This document shows, in pieces, positions 19,043-26,933 of a stretch of 64,000 nucleotides of DNA. Origin of the DNA: Saprospiraceae bacterium (GTDB taxonomy: Bacteria; Bacteroidota; Bacteroidia; Chitinophagales; Saprospiraceae); NCBI GenBank assembly GCA_022841505.1, contig JALHRK010000001.1, positions 357 to 64,356 on the forward strand, written 5' to 3'. A program made the position numbers and the translations under genes. The notes under the pieces are model-generated. The model saw only the letters and a list, made by a program, of their open reading frames with translations, was not told the origin of the DNA and searched no databases. The stretch's first letter is position 1; each line of letters starts with the position of its first letter.

Positions 19043-19585
19043 TTATCTCAACAACTCCTTCATCTTCTGAAGGCAATCAAACTTGCGCTTCCGCGCGGCG
19101 CCTTCGCTGGGCAATCCGAGGTTTTCGGCGACGGCTTCCATCACAAACTCTTTGATGTACACCATTTCCAGTAGCGAACGGCAGGGTTCTCCAATCCGGT
19201 CGAGCAGGGCGCGGGCCATTTTTGCTGCGGCTTCCTGGTCGGCAATCCGGTCTGCAATGGGCGCCACAGGTTCGTCCGGAATCTGATCGTCCCAGCCCGT
19301 TGTACTGCCGCCTTTCCTCCGAAGCAACACCTTGCCAATTCCGATCAGATAAGTTTTCAAATTGCTCTGAAGCGGTGCTGACAATTTACCGGTGGTTGCG
19401 TTGTAGTGAAAAACAACCATGGCATCCTGGAGCAATCCGCTGGCCTCTTCCGGCGACATACGTCCGTATTGCATAAAAAATGCCCGAAATGAACCTCGGT
19501 GTTGGTCATAAAACTGCTGCCAGACTGCTTCTCCGCCGTTGCGCAGCAAATTCAGCTGGCTTTCATCTTCCTTGTAGTTGCTCAT
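19043..19585 (-). CDS. RNA polymerase sigma-70 family (ECF-like) sigma factor
   Basis: 180 aa with a region 2-like segment (FRAFFMQYGRMSPEEASGLLQDAMVVF) and a region 4 HTH (MEAVAENLGLPSEGAARKRKFDCLQKM). Confidence 0.8.
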   Translation of the reverse strand: MSNYKEDESQLNLLRNGGEAVWQQFYDQHRGSFRAFFMQYGRMSPEEASGLLQDAMVVFHYNATTGKLSAPLQSNLKTYLIGIGKVLLRRKGGSTTGWDDQIPDEPVAPIADRIADQEAAAKMARALLDRIGEPCRSLLEMVYIKEFVMEAVAENLGLPSEGAARKRKFDCLQKMKELLR

Positions 19586-19625
19586 TGATCGTTGCTTTGT
19601 TCGATGCGTTACAAATTTCCATTTA

Positions 19626-20540
19626 TTATACCAGGTTCAACGCTCTTTTTTCCAGAACCGACGCTGGCAGGCAGGCCAATATCTCGTCTTTCAGGGCTTG
19701 AATGAGGCGTCGTTTCACATAATCCTGCTGCGTGACCAGCAAAATTTCACGAGCTGGCGCCGGAGAAGCAAAACTTCGCAGCATGTAACGGTGGTCTTCG
19801 GGGAGGGTCATGGCGGCAAGTTCGGGCAGAATGGTATAGCCCATTTTCATCTCCACCAGGCGTTTGAGGGTTTCTAAGCTGCCCGCTTCATACCGGAATT
19901 GCTTGCCGCAATCGCGTTCCAGGTCGCACAACTTGCGGATGCTGGTGCGCAGGCAATGCCCTTCCTGCAACAACCAGAGGTCTTCTGCATTCAGATCCTC
20001 TGCTTTTAGGCCTTCTTTTTGGGTAGGGTCCGAGGTGTAAAGGAAAAAAGCTTCATAAAAAAGCGGTTGCCCTTCTAAGGATTTATCCGGCAACGGCCCG
20101 GCCATGATGGCGGCGTCAACGGCGCCGGTTTTGAGTTTTTCTAATAAAGTTTGCGTCAGGTGCTCCGTCACGATAAACTCCATGGCGGGGTACTTGTTGA
20201 CAAAAGCTTCCAGGAAATAAGGCACTAAATAGGGCGCCAGGGTAGGGATGATTCCGACGCAAAGCCTGCCATTCAGGGCCGCATGCCGTTCTTTGACCAA
20301 CTCTTGCAACCGGCCAACTTCATTCAGGATTTTACGCGCCTGCCGAATAACAGTTTCTCCGATTTCCGTTGGCACAACGGGTTGGCGGCTGCGGTCAAAA
20401 ATTTTACAGTCCAGCTCTTCTTCCAATTTCTGAATCATCATGCTGAGGGTTGGCTGCGTGACGTGGCACCCTTCCGCAGCTTTCGCAAAATGCCTTAGAT
20501 TATCAACTGCCGCGATGTACTCTAATTGCTGAATGTTCAT
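19626..20540 (-). CDS. oxyR: LysR-family peroxide-sensing regulator OxyR
   Basis: N-terminal LysR HTH (LEYIAAVDNLRHFAKAAEGCHVTQPTLSMMIQKLE). The redox Cys pair sits in the canonical context LLQEGHCLRTSIRKLC, with C-x8-C spacing as in E. coli C199/C208. Confidence 0.85.
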   Translation of the reverse strand: MNIQQLEYIAAVDNLRHFAKAAEGCHVTQPTLSMMIQKLEEELDCKIFDRSRQPVVPTEIGETVIRQARKILNEVGRLQELVKERHAALNGRLCVGIIPTLAPYLVPYFLEAFVNKYPAMEFIVTEHLTQTLLEKLKTGAVDAAIMAGPLPDKSLEGQPLFYEAFFLYTSDPTQKEGLKAEDLNAEDLWLLQEGHCLRTSIRKLCDLERDCGKQFRYEAGSLETLKRLVEMKMGYTILPELAAMTLPEDHRYMLRSFASPAPAREILLVTQQDYVKRRLIQALKDEILACLPASVLEKRALNLV

Positions 20541-20580
20541 GCTTCATAGATTTTTTCAATTCCTACATCAAAAATATCAG

Positions 20581-20612
20581 TTTGATTGATTAATTCATAA
20601 AAATTACCTTTG
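20581..20612 (+). promoter_or_regulatory. candidate promoter divergent from oxyR (-33 TTTG, -7 TACCTTTG)
   Basis: TTTG at 20581-20584 and TAnnTTTG at 20605-20612 are separated by 20 nt. Confidence 0.35.
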
Positions 20613-20808
20613 CTTATCTCAAAAATACGCGAACGCGTAGTACACGTAAAAAGGGTCGGGAACTTTCGGCATGTTTACGTCAACCACTGACCTCAGCAAA
20701 TATACGAAAGCTGAAGCCTCTAACCAGATTAGCAACCAAACGAATCAGATGGCAGGTGGTGAATTTTAGGATCAAGTTATTATAAATGTCGTGAAATAAT
20801 TTTTTTAG

Positions 20809-20848
20809 AGGCTGCCCAATGTTTACAACGGGGCAGCCTTCTTTATCT
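20809..20848 (+). terminator. hairpin terminator-like element closing the oxyR-divergent small unit
   Basis: A perfect 9-bp stem AGGCTGCCC / GGGCAGCCT with a 13-nt loop, followed by TCTTTATCT. Confidence 0.45.
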
Positions 20849-20861
20849 CACCAACTTCGGG

Positions 20862-20903
20862 CAAAAAAACAGGAGCCACCCCGGAAAACCGGAGTGACTC
20901 CTG
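20862..20903 (-). terminator. hairpin with a T-run on the minus strand
   Basis: An imperfect 13-bp stem CAGGAGCCACCCCGG-AAAA-CCGGAGTGACTCCTG is preceded on the plus strand by AAAAAAA, which is a U-tract for a minus-strand transcript. Confidence 0.35.
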
Positions 20904-21276
20904 TCGTTAATGCACGTTAGTTTTTCTACTACTAAAAAACTGTTCTATAGTAAATTTTCTACAATTTGGACTTCAATTCTTATCTTTATGGACTAAACGC
21001 GCCCATAAAATATGACTGCAAGTTCGCGATAGAAAGCCAATTTAACTTCGACGATTACCGCCCTTTTCACCACTACTTCTTTTTTACATATATTTCGCAT
21101 CCACTTACCTGTGCCAGGCAAAAAAGCATATCTCTCGCCCCTAATATGCTATTTTTAAGTCTTTTATTTATAACAAGCTTCTCTAAAAACTTTCTAACCT
21201 GTAAAGAAATTGCATTTTTTTTGTAATTTTCCAGTGGTATTTCACCAAATATTACAGATTTAACAAAAGTGTTAAA

Positions 21277-22716
21277 ATGGAAAAGAGCAAATTCATTGCG
21301 TACCTGCGAAACTTGAGCCCCAAAGAGCTGACCGGATTTGGAAAGTACTTGTCCCGGAATTGTGAAAATCAGGAAGCAACGCTTGCCGTGTTCAACTACA
21401 TCAAAAACTTCCGCCCGGATTATTCTGACGAAGAAAACCTAAACATTGACTTCGCTTCGGCTAAGATCTTTGAGAAGCCCTGGGCGCAAAACAGCGCAGA
21501 CAACAGAATCAAGCTGCTGAATACCCTGTCAGATCTGTTTCTCCGGTTGAAGGAATTCCTTATTCATCAAAAAGTAAGGGCAGGTTCCCTTGAAGCGCAG
21601 TTATTGTGGCTGGAAATTTTGTTGGCCCGTGAACAATACGCTGATGCAACCAAACATTTGGAGCAGATACAATCCACCATCATGGATCGCATGCCAACAG
21701 GGGATCAATATTATTTTCTGAAACTTGCCCTGCCTTACCTTGATTGTTATAAGATTCCAGGTAAGGGACGATTCGAGGGGTATAAAGCATTAATTGACTG
21801 CGCTTCCAGCCTGGAAGCTTTTTATGCCTTTACCCAACTCAAACTTGCCTGCGAAATAGCAAGCCGCCGAAAATTTTTGGCTCCCGAAGAGTTAACAGCC
21901 CAAGATGGGTTAGGCGCGGCTCTGCCAGGCTTCAACTATGCGCCTGCCTTTTTGGCAGCCAATCCAATCATAAACATCTATTACGAGATTTATCAGCTCC
22001 TGCGAAGTGAAGATGGCGCACATTTCGATGAAGCCTTTGACCTGCTGCATCAAAATGCGGGAAAAATTGATCTGGAGGAGCAACTCATTTTGCTGACTTA
22101 TTTGCAAAATTATGCAGCTAACCAATTGATTAAAGGAGCAAATTGGGTTTCTAAAAAATTACATAAATTGAACCTGTTAGGGCTTCGTCACGGGGCATTC
22201 ACCTTAAAAGGGCTGCTACCTGTTTCCCAATATTATAACATCATTGCAGTGGCCTGCCAGGCTGGGGAATTTGAATGGGCGGAAACATTTATCGAAGGGT
22301 ACACACTTGAAATGAAAACGCCTGACAGGACGGATAAAAAATTCCTTGGCCTGGGGATCGTAGCGTTCAGGCAAAAAGCATTTCAAAAAGCGTTGGATCA
22401 ATTTAAACAGGTTCAATCTGTGGATATTGATGACACCATTCGCTTAAAACCATTATTGCTGGCATGTTGCTATGAAATGGGGCAAGTAGATACGTGGATC
22501 ATTTACATGAGTAAGGCCTTCTCAAAACAGTTGTCCAGAGAGAAGTATATGAGAAAAGATACCATCATAGCTATGAAAAACTTTGTCAGGTTTTTTAATA
22601 CGCTGCACCGTGGGAAATTCAATAAAGAGCTGTTAATTAATAAAATACAGACCAATCATGCTTTTTTAAAAGAATGGTTACTTGAAAAAGCAAACGATCA
22701 TCCTGATGCCCGGTAA
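21277..22716 (+). CDS. hypothetical all-alpha (TPR-like) protein, paralog 1 of an island-bracketing pair
   Basis: 479 aa that aligns end to end by eye with 25437-26933. Shared blocks are SKF..(Y/F)L..LS.KEL..F, KLLN(T/A)LSDLFL.LKEFLI.QKV, LK(L/M)ACEIA, LLNYAA.Q and F.WA..F. I recognise no family. Confidence 0.7.
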   Translation: MEKSKFIAYLRNLSPKELTGFGKYLSRNCENQEATLAVFNYIKNFRPDYSDEENLNIDFASAKIFEKPWAQNSADNRIKLLNTLSDLFLRLKEFLIHQKVRAGSLEAQLLWLEILLAREQYADATKHLEQIQSTIMDRMPTGDQYYFLKLALPYLDCYKIPGKGRFEGYKALIDCASSLEAFYAFTQLKLACEIASRRKFLAPEELTAQDGLGAALPGFNYAPAFLAANPIINIYYEIYQLLRSEDGAHFDEAFDLLHQNAGKIDLEEQLILLTYLQNYAANQLIKGANWVSKKLHKLNLLGLRHGAFTLKGLLPVSQYYNIIAVACQAGEFEWAETFIEGYTLEMKTPDRTDKKFLGLGIVAFRQKAFQKALDQFKQVQSVDIDDTIRLKPLLLACCYEMGQVDTWIIYMSKAFSKQLSREKYMRKDTIIAMKNFVRFFNTLHRGKFNKELLINKIQTNHAFLKEWLLEKANDHPDAR

Positions 22717-22722
22717 CAAAAT

Positions 22723-22755
22723 CCGCCGCCCATAAGCCCGGCTCATGAGCGGCGG
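22723..22755. terminator. hairpin between the convergent genes paralog 1 and the FN3 gene
   Basis: Stem CCGCCGC / GCGGCGG with a 19-nt loop. Confidence 0.35.
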
Positions 22756-22780
22756 TTGCCGTGTTATTCAGCGTAATGCA

Positions 22781-23161
22781 TTAGAGGATAATATCCACCC
22801 AGATGATTTCTCCGGAATACTGCGCTTCGCAAACCGCTTTGACATGGACGGTATAAGTACCGGCAGGCAGTCCCGTGAAGGTGTGATACAGGTTCGTAGT
22901 TGGCACCGGCTGGCTTGTATAATGGTCTTCTCTCCGGTAATACCATACTTCGAAACCGTCCGGGCTGCCCGCTGCATTCCAGGAGAAAGAGATGGCGCCT
23001 GAACCCTGATTCGTAATGTCGAGGTTGTAAGGATCCATGCATAGGCATTCCGTTTCCGGTTGAACCGGCGAGGAATAGCTCTGGAAAACCTGGGCCAAAA
23101 GCGCCAGCAAAAGAACGGTCATGAAGGCGCCCCATCGTCCTCTTTTTTGTGCATTTTTCAT
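22781..23161 (-). CDS. small secreted fibronectin type III-like protein
   Basis: Signal peptide (GAFMTVLLLALLAQVF), then one FN3-like module (ISFSWNAAGSPDGFEVWYY...YHTFTGLPAGTYTVHVKAVC). Confidence 0.6.
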   Translation of the reverse strand: MKNAQKRGRWGAFMTVLLLALLAQVFQSYSSPVQPETECLCMDPYNLDITNQGSGAISFSWNAAGSPDGFEVWYYRREDHYTSQPVPTTNLYHTFTGLPAGTYTVHVKAVCEAQYSGEIIWVDIIL

Positions 23162-23560
23162 AGTAAGATAAGAATTGAAATGGAGGAAATGCGATGGCAG
23201 GAAACGGTAAGTAACAGGCAGAAAAAGGGCATCTTGCCTGCAGGGTGCAATACTGCAGGCAATTCAAAAATTGAACTTCTCCTTGCGGGCACTAGTAAAC
23301 CGAAAGAAGAAGCATACCGCCTTGTCTTGTGAAACTACTCTTGTCAGGGAAGTCGGAAGGATACGATCGCAGCATTCGTTGCCGGAGGTATTTCCTCGCC
23401 GTGCCGTGCCTGTCATCATGTTCGACGAAGGCAAAGGTATGGGCGAAGTGAAGAAAAATCAATTTAATTGACTGATTTACAAATATTTATAAAAATTTCT
23501 GTGGATTTCCGTGAATTTCTATAGATCCATCCTGACAGCTCGGACGCTAAAGAACAGCCC

Positions 23561-25096
23561 CTACAATCGCCCAACCAACTCCAAAAGTCCCGCCACAATC
23601 TGGCTCCGCTCCACCGTGGCCTCATCATTCCGGATGGTTCCGATGCGTAGTTTACGGGTCATGGCTTCCCAGCGGGAGGAAATTTGCAACGCTTCCAGAT
23701 GGGATTCTTCATCCCGGGATGCGGTGAAGTCAATTACGGCCTGAATTGCAGCTTCCGGCCTCCCGGAGGCAATCATCCGCTGCAATTTTTGGATGTATTC
23801 TGTTGTGACGGGGCTCCGATCCGGTTTTTTGCCTGTTGATCCCGGAGTTGCCGCTTCTTTAGTGCCGTAATAATGGTGGCTTATTTCAATGCGTTCCGCC
23901 GATTGTACATATTTATCTCCTCCGACAGCGTCCGTACTCTTATGCTCCTGATGATGGGTAACGCTGTTGTTGTCTCCGAGCCGGAAGTCGCCCCCCACCG
24001 TGATATTGCTGCCCTGAATGACGTTTTTGCTGTCGAAAATCGTCACACCGGCGTTCCCCGATTTTTTGGCTTCCACCAGTAAACGCTCCAATTCTGCCTG
24101 GAGCGCCGTTTTTCCTTCAAGCGCGTGTCTCAGGGCAATGCGCGCCTCGGCTTTCACATCGGCATCATCCGGCGCATTTTTTAAAGCATTGTATTCCTCT
24201 GCCAGCAGAGATTTTACTTTTTGCCACAAAGCCACGGCAGATTCGCTCGTTGTGCGGCTAAAATCCTGTCCGCCAGCTTCCATTTTGGTGATTGGCAATG
24301 TCATTTCGAGCATTTGTTTTGCCAATTCCTTCACATCCATACCTACGAATTTAAACTGAGATATATCTAACTGGTCAAGCATTTCAAAAATAAAAGCCGC
24401 CATATTGGCTGCTGCCCGTTCCTGCGAACCACCGGCATCTGCATGCGATTTACCTTCCAAAAGGTCAGAAATGCCCCGGATGTTGCCAAACCGGATGCCG
24501 GTATGAAACTGCATGGCCTGGCCGAAACCAATGGATTCCATTTCTAAAGCCGTCGTATCGTTGAACGATTGCTTCAGGAGGCGGTAAACGGCTCCGTCGG
24601 TGGCTGCAATCACTTTATCCCCGGAAGCGATGGGTCCAAAAACCACTTTTGCTCCAGGGGGGCCGCCCACGACCCTTTTTTGCCACCGATCATTTCCCGC
24701 AACAGATTGGGCAGTTGCCAGTAAGTCCTTGCTGTAATATCCGGCTTCCGGTCGAACAACGAAGCCAGTCTCCGTTTCTTTTCCAGATTCATAGCCATAA
24801 AACTTCGTCCCAACGACCACATCCCCCAATACTACATCTTTAACCCCTCCGGCGATACCTGCCAGGATAACTACAACCGGCTCAAAAAGACGAATTGTTT
24901 TTTCTGTTGCCAGTGCAACAGTGCTGTTCCCTGACCCCGTCTGATGAGTGACAATATTGAAGACGCCATTTTTGCCTTCAAACTGCCCGGATACATAGCG
25001 ACTTCCTTCAACCGCCCTTTCTGTTTGCGAAATCAAATGCGCCAGAATCGCTTTATGCTCCAGCGGAATTGGCGTGAGTATGGCAATATGATTCAT
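23561..25096 (-). CDS. PNP/MTA-nucleosidase-superfamily effector, with a coiled-coil and a Gly-rich segment, ending in a C-terminal EAD-like adaptor
   Basis: The N-terminal ~250 aa carry PNP_UDP_1 hallmarks (HIAILTPIPLEH, ILAGIAGG, GDVVVG, TALEMESIGF, IRGISDL). The C-terminal ~80 aa match the N-terminus of the CHAT protein. Start set at the ATG at 25096. Confidence 0.75.
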   Translation of the reverse strand: MNHIAILTPIPLEHKAILAHLISQTERAVEGSRYVSGQFEGKNGVFNIVTHQTGSGNSTVALATEKTIRLFEPVVVILAGIAGGVKDVVLGDVVVGTKFYGYESGKETETGFVVRPEAGYYSKDLLATAQSVAGNDRWQKRVVGGPPGAKVVFGPIASGDKVIAATDGAVYRLLKQSFNDTTALEMESIGFGQAMQFHTGIRFGNIRGISDLLEGKSHADAGGSQERAAANMAAFIFEMLDQLDISQFKFVGMDVKELAKQMLEMTLPITKMEAGGQDFSRTTSESAVALWQKVKSLLAEEYNALKNAPDDADVKAEARIALRHALEGKTALQAELERLLVEAKKSGNAGVTIFDSKNVIQGSNITVGGDFRLGDNNSVTHHQEHKSTDAVGGDKYVQSAERIEISHHYYGTKEAATPGSTGKKPDRSPVTTEYIQKLQRMIASGRPEAAIQAVIDFTASRDEESHLEALQISSRWEAMTRKLRIGTIRNDEATVERSQIVAGLLELVGRL

Positions 25097-25436
25097 CGGA
25101 AAAAAAATAATTGACCATGAAAAAAAACACCTGCTCACTCCTCCCCGAAACATAAACCTCCGGCTTCTATATATAGAGGGGTTCTATCAAAAACAAATTT
25201 GGCACAGTTTATTCTTTAAAGCAAATACGGGTTTTGCCCAAATCACCGAACTTTTCGTACCTTTGTTTTTACCCCAATCGTTTCAATTACTTCGATTAGT
25301 TGTTAATTTTAGCCGCTGGATTCTAATTTAAATCATTAATAATCAAAATTTTAAAAACAAAACTACTCCCACTTAAACCTTTCGCTTGATTTTATGGCCG
25401 CATTGCAATTTTCACCGTAAAAAAAAACGGAATTTT

Positions 25437-26933
25437 ATGAAAAATAGTAAATTTTTGTCCTTTTTGGGTACGCTGAGCAAAAAAGAGCTGGTCGCATTTG
25501 AACAATACCTGCTGTTTTTCCACCGAAAAGAAAAAATTGCACTCCTCGTGTTCTCCTACCTCAAACCTTTTTATCCAAAGTTCAATACCCCGGCAATTGC
25601 ATTTGAATTTGCCTATCAGGAAATATTTGGGTCTCCGCTGCCCGTAGAGCCCAAGGGCGGAAAGAATAAAGCAAAAAAACTGCTGAATGCACTTTCAGAC
25701 TTGTTCCTGTTTCTAAAGGAATTCCTCATCATCCAAAAAGTAAAGAAATATCCTTTAGAAAAAGAGCTGCTATGGTCGGGTGTTTTACTGGACAGAAGAA
25801 AGGTCCGGGCGTTTGAAACACATTATCCCAAACTGAAAAAAAAGGTCAACTCGTCCCCGGTAGATGTTCCCGGTTATCTGGACAAACTTGCAGCAAGCTA
25901 CATTCCAAACTACCTGTTACTTGAGGATAATTCAGCCAGGAGCATTGCCTCTTTGTTAACCTTCATTGATGATTTGGATTGTTTTTATACAAGTACCCGT
26001 TTAAAAATGGCCTGCGAAATCGCAACGCAAAAGAATGTACTGGCGCTAAATCTGCCAATGGACTCTGCGTTTCAGGCCGTAAGTTTAGTAGGGGTTCTTT
26101 CTCCAAATTTAAAAAAAAGCAACCCCCTCATCGCCATCTACATGGAGTTGTTCCTGCTCATTGTGAATAAACAGCACGAAAGCTTCAAAAAAGTGGAGTC
26201 ACTATTGCGGGCAAATACGGACAGGATCGAAAACCGGGAACAGCACATAATCGTTATTCACCTCTTAAATTATGCTGCTGCCCAAATCCGACTGGGCCAT
26301 CCGGAGGGTTGGAGCATGGTTCATCGCTTGAATGAATATGGCATCAAAAGGAAGCTTTTCATTGAAGGGGGGAGTATGTCGCCGGTTCAATTTACCAACA
26401 TCATCAATGCTGCCTGTAAAACCAGATCCTTTAGATGGGCTCAAAACTTCGTCAAAACGTATGCCCCATATCTCGGGGAGGACATCCGCGAAAACAACAT
26501 AGCATTGGGACAAGCCCAAATTGCTTTTGAACAGGGTTTTTATAAAAAGACGATGAGTGTCCTGAAGAAAAACCCCGGCGGCGACCTGTTTTATGAGCTT
26601 CGTGCCAGGTCCCTGACGTTGAGGAGCATCTGTGAACTCCGCCAGGAAGTGGTTGAAATCCAGAAATACTGTTTTGCTTTTGAACAATATATCTTCCGAA
26701 ACAAGAAAAGGAATACCGAAGCGATTGCGTCAGTCCTCAATTTTATTAAAATGCTCAAAATCGTGATTTTCAGAAAAAAAGACAAAGAACGCATCATCAA
26801 TGAGATAAAAACTCTGAAGCCGATTCAATTTGAAGACTGGCTGCTCCGGCAAGTGGAGGTATACTATGCAGCTGCCCCCAGCCGCATGAAGGGCAAGTTG
26901 CGTGGCAAGTCCGGAAATCAACTCAAAACTTAA
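25437..26933 (+). CDS. hypothetical all-alpha (TPR-like) protein, paralog 2
   Basis: 498 aa from the ATG at 25437, which aligns with the start of paralog 1. See 21277-22716 for the shared blocks. Confidence 0.7.
   Translation: MKNSKFLSFLGTLSKKELVAFEQYLLFFHRKEKIALLVFSYLKPFYPKFNTPAIAFEFAYQEIFGSPLPVEPKGGKNKAKKLLNALSDLFLFLKEFLIIQKVKKYPLEKELLWSGVLLDRRKVRAFETHYPKLKKKVNSSPVDVPGYLDKLAASYIPNYLLLEDNSARSIASLLTFIDDLDCFYTSTRLKMACEIATQKNVLALNLPMDSAFQAVSLVGVLSPNLKKSNPLIAIYMELFLLIVNKQHESFKKVESLLRANTDRIENREQHIIVIHLLNYAAAQIRLGHPEGWSMVHRLNEYGIKRKLFIEGGSMSPVQFTNIINAACKTRSFRWAQNFVKTYAPYLGEDIRENNIALGQAQIAFEQGFYKKTMSVLKKNPGGDLFYELRARSLTLRSICELRQEVVEIQKYCFAFEQYIFRNKKRNTEAIASVLNFIKMLKIVIFRKKDKERIINEIKTLKPIQFEDWLLRQVEVYYAAAPSRMKGKLRGKSGNQLKT

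Noticed and set aside
20546-20582. A candidate OxyR operator, ATAG-N7-CAAT-N7-TCAA-N7-AGTT.
   Set aside because: Only the first ATAG and the spacing match the ATAG-N7-CTAT tetramer consensus. That is too weak to annotate as a feature, so it is mentioned only as context in the oxyR-divergent finding.
20966-21226. An 86-aa plus-strand ORF and a 35-codon minus-strand ORF (20993-21100) in the A/T-rich gap upstream of paralog 1.
   Set aside because: The translations are low-complexity and there is no start context or family similarity. The region is better treated as a regulatory or non-coding island flank. The minus-strand hairpin at 20862-20903 is kept only as a low-confidence feature.
22764-23267. 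A 167-aa minus-strand ORF overlapping the FN3 gene in another frame.
   Set aside because: The 22781-23161 frame has a proper signal peptide and an FN3-like module. The alternative frame is Arg/Pro/Cys-rich with no features.
23485-23535. A possible third copy of family A (TTTCTGTGGATTTCCGTGAATTTCTATAGATCC) just downstream of the PNP gene.
   Set aside because: It shows only loose resemblance (TGTGG / GTGAA / CTATAG) to the CTATGTG units. I cannot support homology by eye.
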